From assembly GCA_023251625.1 (NCBI GenBank), contig JAHEYK010000006.1:26229-50228 (forward strand): a DNA stretch of 24,000 nucleotides, read 5' to 3'. This DNA is from Bacteroidota bacterium (GTDB lineage Bacteria; Bacteroidota; Bacteroidia; Palsa-948). The notes beneath the pieces are model-generated. The model did not search any database, was not told the origin of the DNA, and saw only the letters and a program-made list of their open reading frames with translations. Shown here piece after piece: positions 1 to 7,698 of this stretch. Numbering within the stretch: position 1 is the stretch's first letter; the number at the start of each line of letters is the position of its first letter. The position numbers were made by a program, and so were the translations under genes.

Positions 1-1512
1 TTCACTGTTAAAAACGAAGCTATATATAATGCATTTTCTACAGCGGAGATCACCGACCCGGTTAAAGTACGCCCCTGGAACAACAAGGCAAAGGCGGTGA
101 GGAAGCGTGCTCAGGAGATGTTTGATTATATAGAAAAGATCAAGAATGAGTTGATAGAACACGTAGAAGAAAAGGACATGACTACTGTAAAAGGCAAGAA
201 TGGCAGTGACAGTACAGTGAAGATCGCTTCTAATATTTTTTATATGGAAGGGAAGGACAATAACGTTGTGCCTACACACTATTTCATGGGAGAAGAGGAT
301 AAAGCCACTTCGGGTAATATTGCCGGTCAATTTAAAGAGAAGATTGCCAATTTCAAAAAAGACCTGATAACATATATCCCCGAGAAAGAAAAGAGAAATA
401 TTCACTTAGGATTGGAGATCGATGATGTTTGGTCACCCGGCGAAGGAATGATGATCACTTGGGAATCCAACAATTTCTACCACAACCCGGCGGTAGCCGT
501 AATTGCACTTCTTACAAAAATGCAGAACGATGTAAAAAATGCTGAAACAGATATTATCAGCGCTCTCTATAATCGTATCGATATCAACTCATTCAAGTTT
601 GATACACTTTCTGCACGCGTAAACGCAAATTCAAACTACGTACTGATCGGAGATGAATATAGAGCCGAAGTATTCGTTGCGGGTTTCAGTACCACTTCCA
701 ATCCTCAGATCTGGTTGGGGGACTTTGACAGTATAACCGGAAAACCAATTGGTGCTATTGACTCTACTTCTATTAAAGTTACTAATGGAGTTGGTATTTA
801 TTCTGTTTCTCCTTCAGCGGAAGGAACATCAGATTGGGGCGGAATTATCCGTATGAAAAACCCGGCAGATCCTAAGGCTCCGCCTCGCGTTTTCCCGTTC
901 AAATCACAGTTTAAATCTGCTCGCCCTGCAATTGTTGTATCAGCAGAGAAAATGAACGTACTTTATATAGGACTGGATAACCCTGTATCTGTTTCGGTTC
1001 CTGGTATTGCTGCTGAAGATTTACAGCCCTCTTGTTCAGGAGGAAGCATGTCAGGTTCCAGAGGAAAATACATGGTAAAAGTAGCTCAGTCAATGGCGGG
1101 TAAAGAATGTACGATAAATGTATCTGCAAAAACAAAAACAGGTACTAAATCTATGGGACAGGGAGTTAAATTCCGTGTTAAACCGGTTCCCAATCCTGTT
1201 CCTACCATCTATGGTAAGCGCGGTACTGACGTTATTAAGCAAGGTGAATTACAATTCGTAAAAAGTGTAGTCCCTATGATGGATAACTTCGAGTTTGAGC
1301 TTAAAATACCTGTTGCTTCTTTTGACGTATCCATGAACGTAAACGGTTTGGAGGTTACTGAATCTACAACCGGCGGATCATTAAGTGAAAAACAATCAGC
1401 ACTCATTAAGAAAGCTAAAAAAGGAAATAAGATATATATTGAAAAAGTTAAAGTAATCAAGCCGGGCGGACTAAATACAGAGATCGGCAGTGTTAACTTG
1501 AAGGTAATGTGA
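1..1512 (+). CDS. gldM: Gliding motility / type IX secretion protein GldM (PorM family), 5'-truncated by the window edge
   Basis: Frame 1 is open from nt 1 (FTVKNEAIYNAF... precedes the first listed start at 97); stop TGA at 1510-1512. NPAVAVIALLTKMQNDVKNAETDII and ARPAIVVSAEKMNVLYIGLDNPVSVSVPG match my recollection of Flavobacterium johnsoniae GldM (…LSAWQNDVKKTETDV…, …ATISADKMNVVYRGVVNPISVSFAG…). gldN follows directly, as in gldKLMN operons. Confidence 0.9.
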   Translation, partial: FTVKNEAIYNAFSTAEITDPVKVRPWNNKAKAVRKRAQEMFDYIEKIKNELIEHVEEKDMTTVKGKNGSDSTVKIASNIFYMEGKDNNVVPTHYFMGEEDKATSGNIAGQFKEKIANFKKDLITYIPEKEKRNIHLGLEIDDVWSPGEGMMITWESNNFYHNPAVAVIALLTKMQNDVKNAETDIISALYNRIDINSFKFDTLSARVNANSNYVLIGDEYRAEVFVAGFSTTSNPQIWLGDFDSITGKPIGAIDSTSIKVTNGVGIYSVSPSAEGTSDWGGIIRMKNPADPKAPPRVFPFKSQFKSARPAIVVSAEKMNVLYIGLDNPVSVSVPGIAAEDLQPSCSGGSMSGSRGKYMVKVAQSMAGKECTINVSAKTKTGTKSMGQGVKFRVKPVPNPVPTIYGKRGTDVIKQGELQFVKSVVPMMDNFEFELKIPVASFDVSMNVNGLEVTESTTGGSLSEKQSALIKKAKKGNKIYIEKVKVIKPGGLNTEIGSVNLKVM

Positions 1513-1532
1513 TCATTAAAACCTTTTATACT

Positions 1533-2537
1533 ATGAAAAGAGTATTAACAGCATCGGTTTTGTTCATGGGGTTATTATTTATAATAGCCTCAATGACAAA
1601 TGTTGCAACAGCCAAAGGAGCTATCGGTCCTGTTGGTCCTACCGGAGAGACAGGCCCTCCTGTAGTGCCTACTGCCGGAGGTAATACCACTCCAACTACA
1701 CCTGCTATGGGCGGAGGGGCCGGAGGGATTCTTGAACCCCCGGGAGGAGGAGTATTGGACGGTGTTTATACACCTGAGCACTTACCCTTCAGAAAACCCA
1801 TCCCGTATGTTTACGAAAGGGAAGCAGACATCATGTGGCAAAAAAGGATATGGAGAACCATTGACCTCCGTGAAAAAATAAACCATCCTCTTTATTATCC
1901 GGAGGAAGATCTTGCTAAAAGACCATCATTATGGAGTGTTTTAAGAGCTGGTGTTTATACGGGAAAGATCACCTCGGTATTTGATTTCGATATCTTCACC
2001 ATGGAGTTTGGTGCCTCACTAACTAAGGACGAGATCAGTAAAAAAATGACTCAACCGCTTGTAATGAAAGACTCAATAGGACAACCTCTATTGGATTCTA
2101 CAGGCAACCCGATCATGAGGCCCGACACCATAAAACCAACAGATATAGTGCAGTATTTTTTAAAGGAAGATTGGTTCTTTGAAAAGCAAAGGTCTGTAAT
2201 GGATGTCCGGATAATCGCCATTGCTCCTGTAATTGAAAGCTCTGATATAGCAAGTGGTAAATTTACCTATAAAGCTCTTTTTTGGGTATACTATCCAGCT
2301 ATCAGAAACTATCTATCACAGTTCTACTGTTATAACCCGTATAATGATTCGGAATGGCGAACCTATGATGAGATATTTCATAAACGCTTGTTTGGCAGCT
2401 TTACTTTTATGGAATCCAACGTATATAACCGCTCTATTGCAGCGTACCTTTCAGGACAGGGAATGGAACAACTTTTGGAATCTGAAAGGATCAAAGACGA
2501 TATCTTCAAGTTTGAACACGATATGTGGAACTTCTAA
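1533..2537 (+). CDS. gldN: Gliding motility / T9SS protein GldN (PorN family)
   Basis: ORF 1509-2537. I prefer ATG 1533 (MKRVLTASVLFMGLLFIIASMTNVATA looks like a Sec signal peptide) over the GTG at 1509 that overlaps the gldM stop. The C-terminus MEQLLESERIKDDIFKFEHDMWNF matches the remembered GldN C-terminus (MQLLESERVKEKIRNFEQDMWNY). Position is immediately after gldM. Confidence 0.9.
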   Translation: MKRVLTASVLFMGLLFIIASMTNVATAKGAIGPVGPTGETGPPVVPTAGGNTTPTTPAMGGGAGGILEPPGGGVLDGVYTPEHLPFRKPIPYVYEREADIMWQKRIWRTIDLREKINHPLYYPEEDLAKRPSLWSVLRAGVYTGKITSVFDFDIFTMEFGASLTKDEISKKMTQPLVMKDSIGQPLLDSTGNPIMRPDTIKPTDIVQYFLKEDWFFEKQRSVMDVRIIAIAPVIESSDIASGKFTYKALFWVYYPAIRNYLSQFYCYNPYNDSEWRTYDEIFHKRLFGSFTFMESNVYNRSIAAYLSGQGMEQLLESERIKDDIFKFEHDMWNF

Positions 2538-2554
2538 AGAAAGTTTTTCCAAAG

Positions 2555-2590
2555 AAAGTCCTGGTATTAATTTATCAGGACTTTTTTGTT
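2555..2590 (+). terminator. Rho-independent terminator of the gld operon, overlapping the uvrC stop codon
   Basis: 9-bp stem AAAGTCCTG (2555-2563) / CAGGACTTT (2576-2584) with a 12-nt loop, running into TTTTTTGTTTT. It lies 18 nt after the gldN stop. Confidence 0.6.
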
Positions 2591-4404
2591 TTAACCTCTT
2601 GGCGGAAAAAACGAACGAGCTCTTTTGCTTTTGATTTCCCTATCACAGCAGCAATTTTTTCTTCAGCGGTTTCCTTTATCTGCGCTACGGATTTGAAGGA
2701 ATTCAAAAGCTTCTTTACTGTTTTATCACTAATTCCTTTTATCTGTTCGAGTTCTGAAACGATTGTTTCGCGCGATCTTCTGCCTCTGTGATGATGTACA
2801 CCAAAACGATGCGCCTCATCCCGCATCTGCTGAATAATCTTTAAGGTCTCCGATTTTTTGTTTAAGTAGAGAGGTATCGAATCTCCGGGATAATAGATCT
2901 CCTCTAGTTTTTTTGCAATTCCAATCATTGCAATTTTACCATCGAGGCCAAGCTTTTCGAGGCTTTTCATAGCGGAACTTAACTGCCCCTTTCCTCCGTC
3001 AATTACGATCAGCTGGGGTAGGGGTTGTTTTTCGTCCAGCATTCGTTTATATCTGCGGTAGATCACCTCTTCCATAGAAGCAAAATCATCAGGGCCTTCA
3101 ACAGTTTTAATATTGAATATGCGATAATCCTTTTTGCTAGGAGTGGAATTTCTAAAAACTACACAGGCGGAAACGGGATGGGACCCCTGAATATTGGAGT
3201 TATCAAAACATTCGACGTGAACAGGCAGCTCTTTCAGCCGCAGGTCATTCATTATCGTATTCATAATCCTATCAGAAGATTTTTCTTTGGTGGAAAAGGC
3301 TTCTCTGCTTTCTTTTTCTTTCCGGTAATAGTCGGCATTACGCTCTGAGAGCTCCAATAGTTTTTTCTTGTCCCCCTTTTGAGGGATCGTAAATTCAACA
3401 TCCGGAAAGAGTACTTCGGGCTGAAATGGGGCTATAATTTCTTTGGTCTCGCTATGGAAGCGCTGACGCAATTCAGTCATAGCAAGCAAGAGCAACTCTT
3501 CATTTGATTCATCCAGCTTTTTTTTCATCTCTATGGTATGCGCTTGTACGATTCCTCCGTTCACCACTTTGAGATAATTTACATAGCCAAATGATCTATC
3601 GGAAATAATGGAGAACACATCCACATCCTCAATGGTAGGACTTACGATCACCGAACGGCTTTGATACTTTTCAAGAGATGTAATTTTTTCTTTTAGCAGC
3701 TGGGCATTTTCGAAATCGTATTTTTCCGAATACTGCCACATCAGTTCTTTCAGCTGTTTTATGACGGATGAAATATGGCCTTTGAGGATCTGTTTTATTT
3801 CAGAAATGCTTTTGTCGTAATCCTCTCCCGATTGAAAGGAGTCGCAGGGGCCTTTGCAGTTCTTCAAATGATACTCCAGGCATACTTTGAATTTCTTCTT
3901 TTCAATATTTTCTTTGGTCAGGTTCAGCGTACAGTTTCTGAGAGGATATAATTTTTTAATAAGATCCAGTATCGTATACATGGTTCTTAGTGAAGTATAA
4001 GGGCCAAAATACTGAGACCCGTCACGAATGAAATTACGGGTTTGGAACACTCGCGGGAAAGGCTCATTCTTCACACAGATCCAGGGGTATGTCTTATCAT
4101 CTTTCAGCGCTACATTGTACCGTGGCTGGTATTTTTTGATGAGATTATTTTCGAGCAGAAGCGCGTCAAGTTCTGTGCTTACAACAATGTATTTTATATC
4201 TGCAATAGAGTGAACGAGGTATAAAAGTTTGCCGTATGAATGGTTCTTGCTGAAATAGGAGGAAACTCTCTTCTTCAGGTTCTTAGCCTTGCCGATGTAT
4301 ATTATTTTGCCGTTCTTGTCAAAGTACTGGTAAACACCGGGATTGTCGGGCAGAGTGTGAACGATATTTAATAGGGCAGGACTGAACTTTTTCTTGTCAC
4401 TCAT
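2575..4404 (-). CDS. uvrC: Excinuclease ABC subunit C (UvrC)
   Basis: 609 aa. N-terminal GIY-YIG module (GVYQYFDKNGKIIYIGKAKNLKKRVSSYF), central UvrC regions, and a C-terminal helix-hairpin-helix region (SELEQIKGISDKTVKKLLNSFKSV). Length and domain order are typical of UvrC. The start ATG overlaps the upstream stop (ATGA at 4401-4404). Confidence 0.97.
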   Translation of the reverse strand: MSDKKKFSPALLNIVHTLPDNPGVYQYFDKNGKIIYIGKAKNLKKRVSSYFSKNHSYGKLLYLVHSIADIKYIVVSTELDALLLENNLIKKYQPRYNVALKDDKTYPWICVKNEPFPRVFQTRNFIRDGSQYFGPYTSLRTMYTILDLIKKLYPLRNCTLNLTKENIEKKKFKVCLEYHLKNCKGPCDSFQSGEDYDKSISEIKQILKGHISSVIKQLKELMWQYSEKYDFENAQLLKEKITSLEKYQSRSVIVSPTIEDVDVFSIISDRSFGYVNYLKVVNGGIVQAHTIEMKKKLDESNEELLLLAMTELRQRFHSETKEIIAPFQPEVLFPDVEFTIPQKGDKKKLLELSERNADYYRKEKESREAFSTKEKSSDRIMNTIMNDLRLKELPVHVECFDNSNIQGSHPVSACVVFRNSTPSKKDYRIFNIKTVEGPDDFASMEEVIYRRYKRMLDEKQPLPQLIVIDGGKGQLSSAMKSLEKLGLDGKIAMIGIAKKLEEIYYPGDSIPLYLNKKSETLKIIQQMRDEAHRFGVHHHRGRRSRETIVSELEQIKGISDKTVKKLLNSFKSVAQIKETAEEKIAAVIGKSKAKELVRFFRQEVKTKKS

Positions 4405-5111
4405 TGCTGTTTTAGAGAATCGGATTTTATTACAGCAGTGCTATCTGTTTTTGGGGACTTATTTTTTTTCCTTTTACTGTTCTTTTTGGGTGCAGGTGCA
4501 GTTTTATTTGCTGTGTCAGGTACTACCACCGGAGGCGGTACTTCTTTAGTCACTTCATGAATAGGCGGTATCGTAGCAGTATCTGCAGGAAGAGGTTTTG
4601 TAAGGTCAGCTTTCAGAGAATCGCGCAGTGCATTACGTTTTTTTCGTTTATCCTGCTTTTGTACATCAGTTAATTTTTTTATGAAACTTGTATCAGAAAC
4701 CGGAACAGCCACGGAGTCAATTTTTTTTATTGTCTTGGGAAGAAGAGAGGAATCAATGGCTGCAACTGTAGTTTTCGGGGGAGTGATGGAATCTTTCACT
4801 TCAACTTTATGCGTATCAATTACGTTGAAGGAGTTTTGGGCAGGAGCAACGGTTTCTTCCGCGGGGTCAGGGGGTAATGATGAATAGTAGCTTGCAATTT
4901 TATAAATTCCAAAAACAAGGAGTAAAATACCTGCCACGGCAGCTCCGATAAATATGGTTTTTCTGTCTACTCCTACGGAGATAGATTTTTGCTCATGTCG
5001 GAGCAATACCTCTACTTCGCTCCACTCCACGGCAGGCAAATTTGTATCAGGAGCTTTTAACGCATCAACGATGAACCCATCCAGGGGAGAATTTGCAGGC
5101 GATGTTTTCAT
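4401..5111 (-). CDS. Single-pass membrane protein, putative anti-sigma partner of the upstream ECF sigma factor
   Basis: 236 aa. ~52-aa hydrophilic N-terminus, one TM helix (IFIGAAVAGILLLVFGIYKIASYY), then a Pro/Lys-rich low-complexity tail. ATGA overlaps at both ends (5108-5111 with the sigma gene, 4401-4404 with uvrC). Function is inferred from position and topology only; I see no recognisable anti-sigma (zf-HC2) motif. Confidence 0.5.
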   Translation of the reverse strand: MKTSPANSPLDGFIVDALKAPDTNLPAVEWSEVEVLLRHEQKSISVGVDRKTIFIGAAVAGILLLVFGIYKIASYYSSLPPDPAEETVAPAQNSFNVIDTHKVEVKDSITPPKTTVAAIDSSLLPKTIKKIDSVAVPVSDTSFIKKLTDVQKQDKRKKRNALRDSLKADLTKPLPADTATIPPIHEVTKEVPPPVVVPDTANKTAPAPKKNSKRKKNKSPKTDSTAVIKSDSLKQQ

Positions 5112-5698
5112 GCCGGTTGTTTGGGGATTGCCTTCGACAGGGATTTTCGCAGATTGAATTTGGCTTTTGATAAACTATCCTTGGAAGTATATTCGCTGAT
5201 ATCAAGCAGTTTAGATATTTCCGCATGAGTGTAGCCATCCAGTTCATGAAGATTATAGATCACCCGGTAAGAGGGAGTTAGCTGATGCAAGGCATCAACG
5301 ATCATCTTCTTATCGGCATGTTTCATGATCTGTTCATCAGATATTTCAGCACCGGTTTGTTTTTCCAGATCACGTATGCTTACCGTGCTGCTCACAAAAT
5401 ATTCTTTTTTATTGGCGTGCATGTGCCGTACAGCGGAGGATATGATCTCTTTTTTTATCCACTCTTCCAGGGGAATAGGAGGGGAATCTTTAGTTCTTTT
5501 GGCATTAGCATCTGCATAATTCCGGAAGCCATTAAAAACACTTTTGAAACCGTCTAAAAGAATTGCTTTTGCTTCTTGCTGGCTTTTTGCATAGCGAATG
5601 CAGATATGCATCATCTTTCGAAAATGAATATCGTACAATTCACGTTGGCTGGCATGTTCATACCTCAGGCAACCGCGTATGATCTCTTCTTCGCTCAT
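5108..5698 (-). CDS. ECF-type RNA polymerase sigma-70 family factor
   Basis: 196 aa. Region-2-like N-terminus (RELYDIHFRKMMHICIRYAKSQQEAKAILLDGF) and a region-4 HTH (YRVIYNLHELDGYTHAEISKLLDISEYTSKDSLSKAKFNLRKSL). Clear paralogue of the sigma gene at 6919-7452. Confidence 0.85.
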   Translation of the reverse strand: MSEEEIIRGCLRYEHASQRELYDIHFRKMMHICIRYAKSQQEAKAILLDGFKSVFNGFRNYADANAKRTKDSPPIPLEEWIKKEIISSAVRHMHANKKEYFVSSTVSIRDLEKQTGAEISDEQIMKHADKKMIVDALHQLTPSYRVIYNLHELDGYTHAEISKLLDISEYTSKDSLSKAKFNLRKSLSKAIPKQPA

Positions 5699-5723
5699 TA
5701 AATCTATGAAGCAAACTTACCTA

Positions 5724-5761
5724 AAAAAATAAACCCCCGCGAATAATATCGAAGGGGTTTC
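5724..5761 (-). terminator. Rho-independent terminator after the 5795-6922 gene
   Basis: On the - strand: AAACCCC (5761-5755) / GGGGTTT (5738-5732) stem, followed by a T7 run (plus-strand A7 at 5724-5730). It lies 34 nt after the stop at 5795. Confidence 0.6.
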
Positions 5762-5794
5762 CCCGGTGCTGAAATTTACCGGTTCAGTTCTATT

Positions 5795-6922
5795 TTATTC
5801 ACTAGCTCTCTTTAGAGTTACAGATCCACGGAGGGGGTGAGCTACGCCATCAATCCCGATCGCCTGGCCCGTGTAGAAGTATACTCCCTGAGGGGCGTCA
5901 TCTCCGTTCATTTTCTTGCCATTCCATACTCCGTCAACAGTAGTTAATCTATTCACCGTATTTCCGTTAACATCGGCTATAGCAACATCGATGGAGGCGA
6001 TACCTTTCATCACGAAGAAAAAGTCATCGTTTTGTCTGTCGCCATTGGGAGAAAAGACATTGGGAGAGTACATGATCTCTGAAAGGGGCCTTACCTGAAT
6101 GGTTATTTTATCGGATGTGCTGCCTGTTGAATTTTTTGCCACCAGTCTTACTACATATTCTCCGGGTTTTTCAAATGTGTGAACAGCTATATTTTCTCTT
6201 GAGGTGGAACCATCTCCAAAATCCCAGTTCAATGTTGAAGCAACTCCCTGATTGCTGAAGTTCACTGTAAGAGGCACATCACCCGATTCAGTACTGGCCA
6301 AAATATTTGCTGTTGGCGCTTGCTCGGGAGCCGGATTATTGGACGATGATCTATCCTTAACAGGGCTTACATTAGGGTTCTGCGTGTGTGCGCCCCGCAG
6401 CATTCCGCTATCATCATGTGATGCGTTTCCGTATTTATGCGCCTCGGGTTGTGCGGAGGTCTCATTATTTTCTATAGGAGAAGCATCCGTCCTGGATTCA
6501 TCCCGTATGGCAACGGAGGAAGCTTGTGTTTGTTGAGGACTTGTATATACAGCATTGTTGGCAGAGGTTGCTTCTTTTTGTTCCGGGGTGTTGTTAGGTG
6601 TTCCGGATGTTTGATTTTCAGCAGTAATATTTTGAGAAGCATTTGTTGCCGGTGCTGAAATTTGCTCCGGTTTATTTTGAGCAGTCAGAACAGCTTCGTT
6701 ATGCGCAGAACTGAAATACCAAAGACTTCCCGCTACAATTGCTACAGAGGCTGCTCCAGCAATAATTTTTCCCATAGTGATTTTAGCGACTGTAGAGGCA
6801 GATCCTCCGGAGAGTGATTTAATTCCGCTTTGAACATTTGCCCATGCATTCGGATTCACATCCGCTTCAAAGTGCTCGAACGTTTCCTTAAATAATTTCT
6901 CTATGTTGTCGCTGTTCTTCAT
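5795..6922 (-). CDS. Anti-sigma-like membrane protein with a PKD domain and a T9SS type-B C-terminal sorting domain
   Basis: 375 aa. Hydrophilic N-terminus (aa 1-47), TM helix (IIAGAASVAIVAGSLWYF, ~nt 6713-6781), and a Q/N/S/T/P-rich spacer. PKD domain (PLTVNFSNQG…LNWDFGDGS…HTFEKPGEYVVRL, ~6092-6310). C-terminal gliding-motility-associated/T9SS type-B domain (NVFSPNGDRQNDDFFF…WNGK…GVYFY…, ~5807-6070). The start overlaps the sigma stop (ATGA at 6919-6922). Confidence 0.8.
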   Translation of the reverse strand: MKNSDNIEKLFKETFEHFEADVNPNAWANVQSGIKSLSGGSASTVAKITMGKIIAGAASVAIVAGSLWYFSSAHNEAVLTAQNKPEQISAPATNASQNITAENQTSGTPNNTPEQKEATSANNAVYTSPQQTQASSVAIRDESRTDASPIENNETSAQPEAHKYGNASHDDSGMLRGAHTQNPNVSPVKDRSSSNNPAPEQAPTANILASTESGDVPLTVNFSNQGVASTLNWDFGDGSTSRENIAVHTFEKPGEYVVRLVAKNSTGSTSDKITIQVRPLSEIMYSPNVFSPNGDRQNDDFFFVMKGIASIDVAIADVNGNTVNRLTTVDGVWNGKKMNGDDAPQGVYFYTGQAIGIDGVAHPLRGSVTLKRASE

Positions 6923-7452
6923 GATACTTTTTCAGCCTGAAGCATATTTTGTAAATGTGCCTTTGCTCTTGAATATTGTGATTTGGATGTTCCTTCAGTG
7001 ATACCCAACTGTTCTGCTATCTCTTTATGTGAATAACCTTCTATGGCATACATATTAAATACGGTGCGGAATCCCATGGGTAACTGTTGTATCATTTTCA
7101 AAAGATCTTTTTCGTTCATGCTCTCGCCCACATGAGAGTTCCCCGGTATCACATATTTAGCATCGTCTATATCTATGTTCATTTTCATTGCTTTGTTCTT
7201 CCGCAGGTAGGTAAGAGATTCATTCACCATTATTTTCCGTATCCATCCTTCCAGCGAACCTGTACCCCTGAAAGTCTCTATTTTATCAAATACCCTAATA
7301 AACCCATTTTGCATCATGTCTTCAGCTTCTTCGGTTCTTTCAGCGTACCTGAGGCAAACCCCCATCATTTTTCTGCAAAATCTATCAAATAACAGCTTTT
7401 GAGCAGCCGGATTGCCTGAAATGCAGCCTTTAACCAATTCTTCATCTGTCAT
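6919..7452 (-). CDS. ECF-type RNA polymerase sigma-70 family factor
   Basis: 177 aa. Region 2 (AQKLLFDRFCRKMMGVCLRYAERTEEAEDMMQNGFIRVF) and region 4 (FRTVFNMYAIEGYSHKEIAEQLGITEGTSKSQYSRAKAHLQ). Size is typical of ECF sigmas. Confidence 0.9.
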   Translation of the reverse strand: MTDEELVKGCISGNPAAQKLLFDRFCRKMMGVCLRYAERTEEAEDMMQNGFIRVFDKIETFRGTGSLEGWIRKIMVNESLTYLRKNKAMKMNIDIDDAKYVIPGNSHVGESMNEKDLLKMIQQLPMGFRTVFNMYAIEGYSHKEIAEQLGITEGTSKSQYSRAKAHLQNMLQAEKVS

Positions 7453-7626
7453 CCTGCTCTTTTATTTAGATGCATTTAACGTCCAAATGGTTGCTTTATA
7501 TAGCTCTATTTTGGGGAATTGGAAGCGACCAAAATTGAGCTTTTTTTTGCATTTTTTAGACCATAAGTGATTAATTGTCAAAGATATAATTTATGTTAAA
7601 AAGATTCAAAAAAAGCAATATAAAAT

Positions 7627-7655
7627 TTGATTTTAGTTAAACAAGTATAACTTTG
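7627..7655 (+). promoter_or_regulatory. Candidate Bacteroidota-type promoter for asd (TTG-N18-TAACTTTG)
   Basis: TAACTTTG (7648-7655) fits the Bacteroidetes -7 consensus TAnnTTTG. A TTG sits at 7627-7629 with an 18-nt spacer, and the box lies 44 nt upstream of the asd ATG. Motif match only. Confidence 0.35.
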
Positions 7656-7698
7656 CATCCCGAATTCAATAAAAACAGCCTTTTTATAACAATTTCAC

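Noticed and set aside
97-1512. Position 97 as the true start of the first gene
   Set aside because: The frame is open back to nt 1, and the product aligns to the middle and C-terminal part of GldM (about 510 aa). The gene therefore continues upstream of the window.
1617-1661. Genuine collagen triple-helix domain in GldN
   Set aside because: There are only five G-X-Y triplets (GAI GPV GPT GET GPP), too short for a stable triple helix. I treat it as a low-complexity linker.
2525-2791. Plus-strand ORFs 2254-2634 and 2525-2791 bridging gldN and uvrC
   Set aside because: They overlap the well-supported gldN and uvrC CDSs in other frames or on the other strand, and they show no motifs.
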